Below, piece after piece: positions 1 through 14,170 of a stretch of DNA of 64,000 nucleotides. The notes beneath the pieces are model-generated. The model saw only the letters and a program-made list of their open reading frames with translations, was not told where the DNA came from and ran no database searches. Both the position numbers and the translations under genes were made by a program. Source of the DNA: Callorhinchus milii (taxonomy: Eukaryota); NCBI RefSeq assembly GCF_018977255.1, contig NW_024704742.1, forward strand, positions 56,794,001-56,858,000, read 5' to 3'. Numbering within the stretch: position 1 is the stretch's first letter; every line of letters starts with the position of its first letter.

Positions 1-104
1 ACAAATATACAGTCAATTCACTTTACAGTATATTCTGTGAAGTGTTTTGAGATGTCTAGAAGACGTGAAAAGCGCTATATCAAATGCAAGGATTATTATT
101 ATTA

Positions 105-955
105 AATCCTGGATGAGGGCAAATTTCCTACAGTTGAATGTGAACAAGACTGAGGCCCTCCTGATTGGCTCACGCCAGCACCTCAGCACCTCTGGCAACA
201 TCAATCTCTATGGTTGCTCACTACAACTCACCAAGCCAGTCAGGAACCGAGGTGTGTTGTTCAACCCTCAACTGTCTTTTCTTCCCCACATCCAAGCCAT
301 GACCCGCTCTGCCTTCCCTCACCTCCGTAACATCGCCCGACTCCGCTCAGCCCTCAGGCCGCTGAAAATCTTGTTCATACCTTCATCACCTCCAGGCTCA
401 ACTATGCAAACGCCCTGCTTGTCGGTCTTCCCAACTCCTCTCTTCACAGGCTGCAGGCTCATGTCCTCTCCCGCACCAAATTCCGTGACCCCATCTCCCC
501 GATTCTTGCCCGACTCCATTGGCTCCCTATCCTTCAGAGGATCCAGTTCAAGATCCTCGTCTTTACCTACAAAGCCCTCCATGGCCTCGCCCCACCCTAC
601 CTCTGTGACCTCCTAACCCGCTACCAACCCGCCTGTTCCCTCCACTCAGCCGGCTCCGGCCTGCTCCACATCCCCCGAACCACCCGCTCCACCATTAATG
701 GGAGAGCCTTCAACCACTCTGTCCCAAACCTCTGGAATTCCATCCCCCAATCACTCTGCCTCGCCCCCTCCTTAGCCTCCTTCAAGTCCTGCCTCAAAAC
801 CCTCCTCTTCGACCATGCCATTGGTCACCCCCCTTCCCCTCACTCTTCCCCCCCTGACCCCAGCTCAGGTCTGAAATGCTGTACACTGTCCAGCGCCTTG
901 GGACCTCCTCCCGATGTGAAAAGCGCTATACAAATGTAATCTTCTTGTTGTTGTA
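105..955 (+). mobile_element. L2-clade LINE, 5'-truncated and frameshifted
   Basis: WMRANFLQLNVNKTE and LHWLP..RIQFKIL-type RT C-terminal peptides across frames; (ttg)n tail. Confidence 0.88.
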
Positions 956-989
956 TGCCAAGTGTCAAGTTTAGTATGTGCAGACAAAA

Positions 990-1262
990 GCAGCAGATAA
1001 TTTGCACATAGCAATGTCTCACAAACAGCTACAATGCGATTAATCAATTTAACTTTGCCCAGGACACCAGAAAAAATGTATTTCTCTTCTCAAATTGTTA
1101 ACATTCACCTGAGCAGGCTGATAGAATCTCGATCTCTTATAAGGACCACACTATCTTACTGCACTGGAGTTTTGCCCTGGATAATGAGTTCACATCAATG
1201 CGAAGCTTGAAACCACAATCTTTTAACTCTTAAGGCATGAGTGCTACCTACTGAGCCAAGTT
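990..1262 (-). mobile_element. tRNA-derived Deu-type SINE fragment
   Basis: Shares the aatttgcacatagcaatgtc.cacaaacagc core and the ...ctactgagccaag head with other copies in the window. Confidence 0.65.
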
Positions 1263-2175
1263 GTATCTGGACAAAGCACTGAATTCATTTACAAAACTGC
1301 TTGATGTTGTAATGAGAAGATGGTAGGCTTGGTGTTCTGGAAGGATGGGATTAAATGGACCACTAAGATTCATTACAGCACAGTCTGAATTGTGTGGTTC
1401 TTTTTGATGCAAGTTTAACTTGAATTTTACCGGTAGCAACAATGCTCTTGAGCTGAATGGTGACAAATCCATCGGAGTGGATTTGTCACAAAAACCCTTA
1501 AAAATCAAACAGTACATTTATATGAAAATAAAAATACTAGTTGTGTGTATAAAACAAAGCTGTAGATTATGAGCGCTAAGCTTTTATTTAATAGGAAAAA
1601 AGCCAATGATGTATATCACAGTTATAAATTGAAGAATGTCACCTATGTATTTGTCACCAATGAATAATCTTGCAGTGCCTAACGTTGTTTAGTTGTTTGT
1701 AATGCATCACTTAGTTGTTCTATGTTGCACGTTTCAGTGGCTTAACCAGCATCTGTTGAAAGGAAGCTTCTGTGTGGTCTAAAGTGAGTTGATCTGTCTT
1801 GTGTGGATTTCCTGCACCCTAATAGAATCTGGTGATTCCTAACACATTCCTGAGTGTGAACAGTACAGTATCTACTTTGTTTGACTTCCTGGAGCAGGCT
1901 TTTAATAGGGCTGAACAGTGCAGCAGGGTTTGTGAGAGAATTAGCACTGAATGATACCTTTACGTTGTGGGAATGGAAATCAATATGTTGTAATCATAAA
2001 AAACGTGCTTCCACAATAATATTTCACGAGCGAAATTTAATATGTCCAAATAACGTTCACTTTTTTTTCTTTATTTTATTGACCTTCAGATGTGGCGTTT
2101 TGAGATGAAATGATTTGACATTCCCATTTTGTTTAGTTTGCATTTTCCTTTCCTTTTCCTTCACTTCTGCTTCAG

Positions 2176-2259
2176 AGTGGTCGAATAAACCCAGATGAAA
2201 TAGATTTAGAAAACGAGCCCTGGTATAAATTCTTTTCAGAACTGGAGTTTGGACGTCCG
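2176..2259 (+). CDS. SORBS2: SORBS2 coding exon SGRINPDEIDLENEPWYKFFSELEFGRP (84 nt, phase 0-0)
   Basis: ttcag|AGT...CCG|gtaagt; near-identical to the mammalian SORBS2 peptide as recalled. Confidence 0.95.
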
Positions 2260-2982
2260 GTAAGTTGAGTAGCGTAATGTGGCCAACATCTGTAACCTAG
2301 ATATATAGAGTCCCAATTGTTTGCAAAAAGGGACAGATTTATTCATTATGAGCAAACTGTTCATGTGCGTTTTTCTTATCATTGTAATTTTTTTACTGGT
2401 ACCCTCCTTCCGTAAATCTATACTGTTCAGTAGTTGTGGTGCTTTAGAGTGAAGGTCTCTTTTGCTACCGTTAGTTGCTTTTAGCCTTAAGACTTTTTGT
2501 GCCAGTTAATTTTGCTGCATGGCAGACAGCTGTCAAGAAATTATAAGAAAAGTTATTAAAAATGATTGAATTAGATCATTGCTCAAAGTTGTAAAAGACT
2601 GAATAGTATTAAAAAAAACCTGTACTAAATTATGTGGTAAATATTTCCCTCTTCATTCCCACACAGTCTCATGAAGACTGTTACATTTATTTGACATTAT
2701 TAGTGATTTGTCGTCAGCCTGCTACTTCATCTCCATTTGTAATAGATTGACCAGCAGCTTTGTTTAGTTCCCAGTCTCTTCAAGGGCATTTGTAGATTGG
2801 CTGTCTGTTCCACTCTGTCTCCTCATTTTCACTCTTATTTCTGTATATTTATTCTGTTGTTTGGTGCTTTCAGTTCCCAGCTTACCTAACCATGTCACCT
2901 TTTCCATATGTTCCATCCCATGGTGCCATTTGACTTTCCTCCACTCATCTCTTCACCTCCTATATGCTGCTTGTGCCACCAG

Positions 2983-3048
2983 CCTCCCAAAAAACTTTTG
3001 GATTATGTGCCAGAAAGGTCTCCCCATGTTTCTACTGAGACTATAAAG
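2983..3048 (+). CDS. SORBS2: SORBS2 coding exon PPKKLLDYVPERSPHVSTETIK (66 nt, phase 0-0)
   Basis: ccag|CCT...AAG|gtaact; matches the PPKKPLDYV motif. Confidence 0.92.
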
Positions 3049-6000
3049 GTAACTGCTAATTCTTTATTCTTAAAATGCAGTACTTTGCTGTCATTAGTGC
3101 ATCCTTTCATGGTTATTATCACTGATATCATTTGATGTGAACTTTCAGTTAAATAGATATCATTTTCCAGGCTGTTGAGGTTCATATACATAGTCTCTTA
3201 CAGAGTCATGGTCCTCCAAGGCTTCTCTGGTTTACATTTTTTTTCTCAAGCTTATAAACATCATCAACCTGTGGAACTGGATGGTGGGATTGACCAGGGT
3301 CCTTTCAACCCAGTATCTAGCTAGTTGATGAAATTTAATTTTGTTTTGAAAAAGGAAGCAAAACTTGCCTGATCGTTGAACATTTGCACCTTGAATTTCT
3401 CTTGTTTCTATTTTCAATCAATCAGAAGAAACTCCCTTCTATTTTCTCTTCCCTTCGTCATTCAAATATTAGAATGCAGATCAGAGGATTATAGTTTTGA
3501 TACTTAGCTGTGTCTCGAGATCCACTAAATGGAGGCTGCACTTTGTGAGTGATTAGCGAGCATTACTTGCGAAAGGAAATGCATTTCGAAGCTCAGCTCA
3601 AAAGCAGGTTGTTAAAAATAAAATTGGCTTTCAAACTGCTGTAGTTTTAGTTCTTTCCTATTAAGATAGATTTGCAGGCAAACTACTTTGATCCAGCAAA
3701 AGATTTTCAAATATAAACTTTATCTCCCATCACTTTCACATTTATTGTTGGAATGTACTGAATCTTCAACTAGTACATTGAATGTGGAAATGTTTGAAGC
3801 AGTGAACAGTGGGGCTAGAGATTACTTGATTCAACAGAGTGTGGATTCTAAGTGTGTGGATGTGTTGCCAGGGAAGGGGGACGATGAAAAATAGTTTAAA
3901 TGCAGAAAGGAAGTAAACAATTGGATGGAATAAATGGACTTCTCTTGTTCTTGCAGAGTGTTTGGTGTCATTGACTGCAAATATAATACCAATTATAACA
4001 ACAAAACGAAAAGAGTTGAAGGGTGCAAGGGAAAATATATATTAAAAAGGAATCTGATTTTTGTCTCAAGTACAAATGTTTGAGTAGTTTGCTTTCTTGT
4101 AGCTTCCATTAATGGAGAATACTGTAAAACATTGCTCCGAGATCTGGTATCAATATCTATAACACCATCATCACAACAACAAATTGCTATTGCTGTTTAC
4201 CTCTAATATCATTAGCACTTTGAATTCAAGCTCTAAGTCGGCTGATTTGTTTTTGTTTCACTCAATGTTCTCTGTTGACTACTTGCTTATTCTCTTCAGT
4301 CAGTAGATGATCTGTCCTTGTCAAAGGGTATAAGATCAACTCACAATTCATACAATATTGTCACAGTAGTTCTTTGGGTCAGTCCCACAAGATCGCCATG
4401 AAAGTTTGGTATTTTATCCCCGGGTTTGGCAACATTGACCGTATTTGGTGCCTCTTACAGTGTGTGCAGACTGTTTGTGCAATAGTTACTCTTGTGTGCT
4501 TTTTGCAGGATTAGTAGAAGTGTGATCCATTTGTTGCACAGAGGTTGAGCAGTAGTTCTGCATGAACCTGCACAAGTCGTGCTTTGTGAAATACAATTTC
4601 AGTTATTCAGCAAAAAATCTTAAAAGTTAAACCTGTACAAATCGGTGTAGAAGAGATGGAAAATGACATCTATTTTTTAAAAAAATCAAAACGGAACTTC
4701 GGAACTGTTGTTGGGGTTTACTAGGCACCAGGTGTAAACCATGTTTAAACTCATGTAAATACTTATAGACAGAGGGAATTGTACTTAATTCTGTATTCAA
4801 AACTGCAATGAAAAGGTTTTATTGTATAACTAGCCACCAATCTGTTTCATTGCTTACCTGTAATTCAAGTTACCTGTAATACCTTTTTTTAGACCTGCAT
4901 TTTCAAAAAGTTAACCTTTTTAAACATTCTTCAGATGAGGCAATCCTACCTGCTTGTTCACGTGGACATTGCAGTGTTAAATATCCTTCTTGGGGAAGTT
5001 TGTTTCAATGTCGGTCAGCAATTCTCCAGATATATTAGAAATTCACCTCATGCCTCTAAGGAAATTTGTTGTGTGCAAAATGGTTATCGGGGTTGTTTAT
5101 TAAAAAAAGGCACTAAACATGACATTAATTACCTTGAATTCCCCAGATAAACTTGGCCATTCAACTCATGGCTGTTTAATGACATCGCAAATTGGCTGAC
5201 ACATTCGCCTTCAAATATTCACTACACTTTACATTAAATCATGTAAAGCTCTTTGAGATGTTTCAATGACATGATATGAATGAAAGGGTTATTATAATAA
5301 GCATTATGAGATATTTGAATGTTACAGACGCTAATATATGGTATGAGGTACATGCACATGGTTAAAACATGATGCATTATAGGTATTATTATTTTCTTCT
5401 TATTGTCTATACGTGGTCCATGATGGCTTCTGTAGCTGAGGGTTCAAATGGATTTTCCTTCATGTTATTCTTTGTTTAAAAACACAGACTTGAAGGAGTG
5501 AGTGGGAGATTAAGGAATGAAAACGTAATCCTCCTAATAATAATACTTGTTTCTCCTAATAACAATACTTGCATTTGACATAGTGCCTATAATGTTGAAA
5601 TGTCTCAAGTTGCTTCACAGGAAATTGCTATTAAGTGTAGTGACTGTGTTTGTAGACAAACTACAATTTCTGTTGATTATTTCACTATAGACCAGATTCC
5701 GAGTCTCTACCAAACTGATTCTAATTTTATACATCCTAGACATTGGTTAAATTAATTGTTAATTGCTTTTGTTCAGTCTCAGACTCTCAATGGTATTGCA
5801 TATTTTAAAATGTCTTGAGCTACAGCACCACAGAGTGGTGCAACATGGCATTGCACCCAAATGTATCAAGTGAATTTGATCTCATCCATGTCATCAAAGA
5901 GGTTACTTCCGCGCATTTCTTTAATGGTTGTTTGCAGAAACAAACAGCCTAGAAGCATGTCAACTGCCAACCTTGCCGACTGTTCATACATTGTACAATC

Positions 6001-7913
6001 ACATCATTATTGTACATCAAAATATTCTGGCTTCTCTTCAATGCTTGGGACTGGGTGGGCATTCACAATTACCATTTACCATTACCATTCTCTATTTTAT
6101 TCACATGCTCCTTAGCATCACTATGACTGAAGGCATCATCCGTGGACAGTTCAATCCCAAATGAATGTTTTCAGCATAAAATAACTCCACATTAAACAAA
6201 CATTACACATTATTTTGTCAATTGAAAATATACAAATATCAAAATCGAAAAATTGGGATCTTGCCACAGATAGTGAACATTTGGTGAGGTGTGGTCCAAT
6301 GGGTGATTTGGCAGTAAGTACTTCTACAAATTATACAGTCACTACACTTTGGAGTAAATCCTGTGATTCGCTTGAAATATCCCCGTAACGTGAAGGGTGC
6401 AGTATCAAATGGATTTCTTTTAAAAGTACTGATGGTAAAACACAAGACATTTAATGAGTAAAAGATTGATTTTTTTAAAATATCATTTTTAATTAAGCAT
6501 CTTTTGGGTTTGTGCTGTAAATGTTTTGAAAGGTAAGATTAATATGTCTAGATTGCTTTAAACATTGATAAATCATAGCAACGTTTTTCAATATGTTGCT
6601 GCATCAACGGCATAGGACAGAGTTTTCACAGCACTTCAGTTAACACAGACTTCAATGCAATTCCTTTCAAGATCTCCTAAATCGGCAGAACCATAGTGAT
6701 TTAGATGCACGTCAAATGGGCCAAAATGTTTATCTCAGCACAGGTTGATAGTAATAATCCCTTCAGAAATTAATAAATAAATAATAATTTGGTCACTCAA
6801 TCTGCGACTGTAGTGGGACACTGCTGTGCGCAATTGTTTGCTGCGTTTCACCCACAAAGCACACAGTCAATCCACTTCACAGTTTATCCTATGAAGTGCT
6901 TTGAGACGTGTCGAAGATGTGATAAGGCGCTACATCAAATGCAAGGATTATTAATTATTACACGTGGTATTCAGAGTGATCTCAACAGCCACTTTGAAAG
7001 GTTGCCACATATTGTCTCAAGCAGCTTCTGTGAAGAATAGCAATTACAACAAAATTACAAGTGTATAGCACCTTTCACGTTGAGAGGACGTCCCAAGGCG
7101 CTGGATAATCAGTGGTTTGGATCCAAGCTGGGGGTCGTGATCGGGGAGAGTGGAGGGCAGGGGGGGAAAGGAGGGTGACTGAAAGCAATAATAATTAATT
7201 AATTATTATTATTGTCGAGAAGGACAAGGAGGCAGAGAGCCCTGATCGCAGATGTTCAGAATGTCATTGGTGACTTTGACCAGGGCTGTTTCCATGCTGG
7301 CAGTGAATAACAGAGGCTGAATATATTTACAAAAAGGAGAATGAATATGCACTTCAGTTATAATTGCACACAGTTTGCATACTTGGTTGAGGTGCTTGTC
7401 ATTGAATCCTAGAATATTTACGGCAGAGAAGTCTATTCTGTCTACAGAAGTGCTAACGCTCCCACTGGACCTGTCCTAATCCCTGTTATTTCTACCCAAA
7501 ATATAATATTCGAATATTTATTCAATTGCCTTTCAAATGTTGTGGATTTGGCATCAAAAGCCGTTTGTGATGAAGAAACCCACATTCTAATAATTTTGTG
7601 TAAAATGCATTAATCTACAAACTCCTTTTTTTCCTCTGGCAATAATCCTAATGGCAACATTAAAATCATCCGAGCAGCACAACTATAATGTCTCCTGTTA
7701 AGAGGTTATGATGCGCGACAGCAAGCAACCTGATTTGTTGTATGTTTTTTCTGTGATACTTAATATATACTTCCATCATTCCTGCTAATCTAATTAACTG
7801 ACAGCAAGTTCCACCATTGCATTGGATGGCACTGCCAAACCTGGAGGATATAGAAGAAACATTTCACTAATTTTGCAGTAAGCTAATGCCTTCCTTCAAC
7901 TGTTTTTTTGCAG

Positions 7914-7963
7914 ACTTCCTTGTATAACTCTTCAGTGGAAAGAACCATAGATAGACCTACCAG
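7914..7963 (+). CDS. SORBS2: SORBS2 coding exon TSLYNSSVERTIDRPT(S) (50 nt, phase 0-2)
   Basis: ttttgcag|ACT...AG|gtaagc; homologous to ASLYQSSIDRSLERPMS. Confidence 0.9.
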
Positions 7964-8058
7964 GTAAGCATTAATAATGTGCAATCACATTACTTCTGAC
8001 ATTTGCTGCTCAGTGTTTGTGGTCTAGGGTTTGACCACACACACTCATCCTTACAAAA

Positions 8059-8595
8059 GCATAGAATCATAGAATTATACAGTACAGAAGGAGGTCATTT
8101 GACCCATCGTGTCCGTGCCGGCTCTTTGAAAGAGCTATCCCAATTGATCCCACCCCCCCTCTCTCCCCATAGCCCAGCAAACTTGTCCTCCCCAAATATC
8201 AATTTACTTTTCTCTTGAAAGTTGTTATTGAATCGGCTTCCACCACCTTTAAAGCAACGTATTCCAGATCCAAACAACTCACTGTGTGAAAAAAGTTCTT
8301 CTTACCTCCCCTCTGCTTCTTTTGGTAACTATTTTAAATCTGTGTCCTTGGGTTACCGACCCACCGGCCAGTGGAAACAGTTTCTCCCTGTTCATCCTAT
8401 CGAATCCCCACATAATTTTGAATACCTCTATTAAATCTCCCCTTAACCGTCTCTCCTCCGAGGAGAATAATCCTAGCTTCTCTAGCCTCTCCTCATGACT
8501 GAAGTCCCTCATTCCTGATACCATCCTGGTAAATCTCCTTTGCACCCTCTGCAATGCCTTGACATCGTTCCTAAAGTGTGGTGCCCACAACTGAA
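8059..8595 (-). mobile_element. CR1-clade LINE 3' end
   Basis: ORF 8279-8590 WAPHFRNDVKALQRVQRRFTRM...RRLRGDLIEVFKIM; catagaat-type tail. Confidence 0.9.
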
Positions 8596-10216
8596 CTGGT
8601 TGCAGCTACTTTGCAGGGATAAATGCACAGTGTAATTCAACATTAGCAGCTTCATCTCTTTAATTAACTAATTGTCCTGAATATCATGCTCAAACCTTTC
8701 CTGTTAGTGAAATTAGAAAGTGGACTACAATCCAGCAGACGTAGAATCGATTTCAAAATAATCAATTTGAAAAAAAAGATAAATAGATGCTTGGGAGTTA
8801 CAAACCTGAAATAGTCTTAGCCTGATCATTGAGATATTTTTTGTCTTAATTTAGAAGCCGGTTTCTGTTTAAGATCTGCGGAAAAGTGATGTGTGAATTA
8901 AGAATTAAGAATGAATTTAAGAATTTTCTACAATTGTGAATGTTTTTAAACCTTGGGACACATGGCCCTAAAGGGTAAGGGAAGGTGCAATTTTCGGCCT
9001 TTTATTAAAACAAAAACGATATAATGAATCAATGAGACTTAAGAATTGCCAATATTATTAACTAATAGTAAATTGGTCACAAATAATCCCACGACTTCCA
9101 AAATTTTAGAAAAAGAGCTATATTAAATGCAAGGATTGTTATTAAAGAGCCCAGGGCTGCAGAATAGTAACATAGATGCACAAATTCTAGGTGCCCACAG
9201 CTTGCACCTCCTCTGTTAAATAAATTTGTTCTAAGAGGAACGTTTACAGGTGAGTTGCTTTATCTCCTACCGTTCTGGCAGGGAGAATGTAGCAAGTGAT
9301 TCCAGAACTTTTAACAATAATAATCCTTGCCTTGACATAGAACCTTATTGGGAGAACATCTCAAAATGCTTCAGAATTTTATTGTAAAATGTAGTGACTG
9401 TATTATGCAAGCAAACATAACAGCCAATTTTCACACAGCAATATCAATGAAGAGAATGACTGATTTTAGCTGGGGGATTGTTGCCCAGGAAACTGGGAGG
9501 AACTTCCTTCGCTTTTTGAATAGAGCCACAGAAATTTACAGAACAGAAGAAGGCCAGACAGTCCATCATATTTGTGCTGGCTCTATTAAAAGCAATCCTT
9601 TAGTTCCATTTACCAACCCTTTCCACATATTTGTGTAGCTTACCCCTTTCTAGACTTCTTCAAGATGTCTCAAATTGTTTCACAGAATATTATTGTAACG
9701 ATATTTTGTGGGCGAAACGCAGAAGCCAATTGGCACAGCAGTGTCCCACAAACAGTCGTGGATTGAGTGATCAAATTATGTGGATCCTTTTGGAAAGCTA
9801 ATATGGATTTATGGATAATATGGAGCCTACGTGTGCCATGGGATCTTTAAAGTCCACCTGAACAGGCAGACTGGACCCCAGTTAAACTTCTCTATCAATG
9901 CAGCCCTGATCAAATCCTGGCGTAGGGCTTAAACCCACAATATTCTGATTCAAAGGCAGATTAAGGTAGGTTTTCACTCTAGTAGGGTGAAAAACAAATC
10001 ATGCAACTTTTATATTGGTGCATCCGATGCTTTTGATATTCTAGATCTTATCATGATCTTATGAAAATAACAGGATCTGGTCCTTCTACTTCACTTATAG
10101 TTGATGGACAAAGCGAAAACTGCCTATTCTCCTCTACTAAGTGATCATTCACTCTCCAGAGCACTAAAACAAGAAAAGAAAATCATGCAAACAGTCTCAT
10201 TTTATTCTGTTGTTAG

Positions 10217-10392
10217 TGCCAGGAGTTCAGCAAGTGACTACAGAAAGAGGCGGAAGTCTGAGCCAGCAGTGAGTCACCAGAGAGCACAGAACGATCAAGC
10301 TGCACAGAAAAGTGGTGACCCACAAGGCTTAAGCAATGTAAGCAGGAAGTCATTGACCAGTTCTTCTCCATCATCGCCATCCAGAATTAAAG
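10217..10392 (+). CDS. SORBS2: SORBS2 coding exon (S)ARSSASDYRKRRKSEPAV...SSSPSSPSRIK(G) (176 nt, phase 2-1)
   Basis: gttag|T...AAAG|gtagga; conserved RKRRKSEP and SSSPSSPSR motifs. Confidence 0.92.
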
Positions 10393-13069
10393 GTAGGAAT
10401 TAGGAAAGACAGCTGCAGAAACCTGCAGACACAAGACATTCATTTAACCTTACTTCATATTGAAATTGGTAAAAAATATGTCCAAATGCACCTTTAAGAG
10501 TTAATAAATATTTCTAATTGTAAAAACAAACAATTGCTATTACGACTGCTCAGTGACTGAATGAGCAAGACTCTCCGTGAATGGGCACTGATTTTTCTTT
10601 TTATCAAATTTCTAATGAAAGGAATAGTGCCTTTACCTTGAGGTGAACTGTTGGTATTCATCTCTCCTGTATGAAATACCTGAATTGACTGCCAAGGATG
10701 TGCATTGTGTACTCTGGCTATTAACCTCTTTAGAGATTTCTCCTCAAAGCCTATAAAAGACAAATTTGCAGCAACAAACATGGTTGTAAAGTAAGATATT
10801 TGCATATGCACAAAGGAGGAAATTAAGCTTGATATTTTTAATAATTAAAAGCTGTTTGAATATTTCAATGAGCTTCAGAGAGCAGAACAATTGAAACAAG
10901 TTATGCTGAATTAGAACATTGAATTCTGGTGAACTTCCTGTTTGAGGGCAAATCATTTTCTTAACGTTGATTTTAGTTTGTGTCAATTGTATTTGTAAGA
11001 AATAAAGGTATCTGTAGTATTGAGATGTTTAGGTGGTTTCTGTGGTTTAAGTTTTGCTTTGTCAATTAATATTTATTGTTAACATTTTGAAAAAAATTCT
11101 AGTCACAATTTGGCTGGAAAAATAAATAGTGGATAGCTCAAATAAAGTGTTAAGAGCAGAAATATTCCCATTTATAACATAAACACTGTTTTCTTATTTA
11201 CTTATTATAGTTGAATAGTTTATTAAACTAAGGATGCAAGTTGTAGCAATATTTTCAATAATTATGGTTTAAAACAAATTATCAAAATGTGATGAAAGAT
11301 ACTAAGATTCAGCATTTGTGTTGCTTTAGTTTGAGAAATGTTATTAAATTATAAATCTATTTGACAAAGTGGAGGTTTGTATGGAGGATCATTTCAATTA
11401 TGTTATCAAAGCATTGTTGAATTTTTCAGAAAGTATTGAAACAACCTTGTAAGTTTGGGGATTACAATTTTTCCACTACAAGGTGTGTGTAGTATTCTTT
11501 ATTTTCTTCCTGGGATGCAAGGTTTATAGCTACAGTCTTCAGTTCTCTTGCAATAGTGTGCAAAGGTGTGAATTTTTGCATGTGCTCCAATTACATTTAT
11601 ATGACTGTAGACTGCTCCACTTAAATGGTTGTTTTAAATTTCACTCCAGCAACAGGAGAATATTTCTGTTCCCCTCTCTTCCTATTTTCTGTATCTTCTT
11701 CCATCGTGCACCGCATCAAATTGTTGAGAACACAATTCGTGTGCAAATGGTGCTCTTGATCAAGCTAAGAGGCATTGAAAGGAAATAAAGGGATTGCTCT
11801 CTATTCTCTTTGTTTCCTCTCTTCCTGTAAGCAAAACTCTGCTCTGCAGCCCTGGCCCTGAACTTTCCCTGCGGGAATTAACGTGAGTTTGCACTTATTA
11901 GTCTTGCAGCTGTTTGGCACATGAACATATTGTACTGCTGCACCTTCACCCCTCTGCCAAATTAGCCAAGTTGCTCAAAGGCACCATATACAGCTGGTAT
12001 ACCAACACTACTCACTCTTATCATGGGGCCAAGGCAACATTGTGTTGGAAACAATCATGGCACTATCAGGGATAATTTCTTTTAAAAGTACCCATATTTG
12101 TCATCCTCATAAACCTGTCTAAAACATGACAGTTTGTTCTAAGGCTTTAATATTTAATAATATAACTGATTTGTGGAGTACAGGAAGTCATTATAAAGGC
12201 TTATGTTTTATGTGTTAGTGTTACAAAATTGTCTGCTTTTTGACCACTTTTAGCTTTGCTTAAATATGTTTCTTTTTGCAAACAATTGATGTTTTCGGGC
12301 AGTGAGGATCCAAGTACTAACTGCTTTCACACTTTTGTGCATGTAATCGCTAAACCTTGTGAACATTGCATTACTATATAATGTCTTTGCCCCGTGTTAA
12401 AATGCAAGAAACGCAAAGTGATTCATTTCTGATAAATCGTGTCATTAAAAAGCCTATTCTTATAAGCAACTGCCAGCAGCTCAGTGTCCTGCTTATTGAA
12501 TATAATAGGGATCTGTTTCGCCCACAAGTGATCAGCCAATTCACTTTACAGAATATTCTGTGAAGCACTTTGAGATGTCTAGAGGATGTGAAAAGCGCTA
12601 TATCAAATGTAAGGATTATTATTATCTAATCCTATGAGGAACTGAAAGCAGTTCAGATGAAAACGTTTAATCATTTTCACAACACATAAGAGGTACTGAA
12701 AGTGAGGCTTAGACCAGTGACAGTAGTCTGAAAGGGAATTGTGAGTTGGTACACTAAGTTACATTTGTGGTTAAAACATTTTAAGAGCAATGTAATCATG
12801 TAAGGGAGTTTTATTAAAATACAGGCCAACCCCATTATAATACAATTACTTGGGTTAATAAATTCAGATCCCGCATAAAGCGCACATGCTATAAAACACC
12901 TGCCTGTCATCGCTTTGGGTAGTCTGGTTGCCTAAATCAGCTGATGAGAATAATTTTCATTCGAAAAATGAGAGAACGTTTCAGTTCAGTTTTATTTTGT
13001 CATCCGGTTGTAGACAGACGAATGACTACACAGCCATAGGGTATAAAAATACAATGACCCAACTCTTGA

Positions 13070-13735
13070 TACACTCCATGAGTTGTTTCTTCCACTTCCG
13101 ACGCATCGCTCGTCTCCGCCAATACCTCTCCCCAAAAACCGCTGAAACCCTGGTCGATGCCTTTGTCACCTCTCGGCTGGACTACTCCAATGCCCTCCTC
13201 GCTGGTCTCCCAACCACTACCATCTATAAAATCCAAATCATTCAGAACTCTGCCGCCCGCATTCTCACCCGCACGAAACTCCGCTCCCCGATTACCCCAG
13301 TCCTTGCCAGACTGCACTGGCTGCCTGTCCCAGAGAGGATCGATTTCAAGATCCTCACCCTTGTATTCAGGTCCCTGCACTCCTCTGCATCCCCTACCTC
13401 TCTGACCTCATCTCTCCTCAAAACAAGCACCCGTTGCCTTCGTTCCTCCAGGTCTGGCCTCCTCCTCATCCCCCGAGTCCTCCGCTCCACCCTCGGCGGC
13501 CGTGCCTTCAGCCACTATGCCCCGAGGCTCTGGAACTGCCTTCCTCACTCCTTTCACCTCGCTCCCTCCCTTCCCATTTTCAGGTCTCTGCTGAAGACCT
13601 TTTCTTTTCGACCGCACCTTTGGTCACCTTCCTCTCCCTCCCCCTGGCTCGGCCCCGGGATCCGTTACTGTAAAGCGTTCTGAGACGCCGTCAGGCGTGG
13701 AGGGCACTATATAAATCCAAGTTGTTGTTGTTGGC
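13070..13735 (+). mobile_element. L2-clade LINE 3' fragment
   Basis: AETLVDAFVTSRLDYSNALLAGLP...LHWLPVPERIDFKIL...GGRAFSHYAPRLWN; (gtt)n tail. Confidence 0.9.
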
Positions 13736-14170
13736 CATTCACATTCAACTGTCCCTGTCACAAACGCGCATTAGCTCACCAAAGTTAAGAATCTAAAAGG
13801 CCAGTGTACACCCTTTTTTGTCTGGGTACTGTTAATATTTGGGACGTCCTCCCGACGTGAAAAGCGCTATATCAAATGCAAGGATTATTATTATTATTAT
13901 TATTATTTACATAAAACAATTAAAATCTTCAGGACTCTTAAGGGGAGCAGCTGAGTGTCTATCGAAACCAATCAGAATGTGTTATGTCTGCGATGGTTAA
14001 TATTTTTACAGCTTAGTACATTATATAGTAATTATGTTCATTCTGATTTTCTCTTGACTCTTTCTTTACATTTCTTAATCATAGTTACTGCTACAGCAAT
14101 CCTGTCCTTATATGCCTGTTAATTCTGGAAATGTCTCTCTTTTAACCATGCTGCTCTATGGATCTGAAAG

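Noticed and set aside
2090..2113. Upstream acceptor (ccttcag|ATG) before the 2176 exon
   Set aside because: Reads MWRFEMK* in phase 0; no support beyond the pyrimidine tract
12928..13683. 251-aa ORF as a host gene
   Set aside because: 5'-truncated L2 ORF2 C-terminus with a chance upstream extension
14158..14170. ATG at 14158 as the start of a standalone 548-aa gene
   Set aside because: Homology and phase show an internal SORBS2 exon beginning at 14171 and ending at 15727
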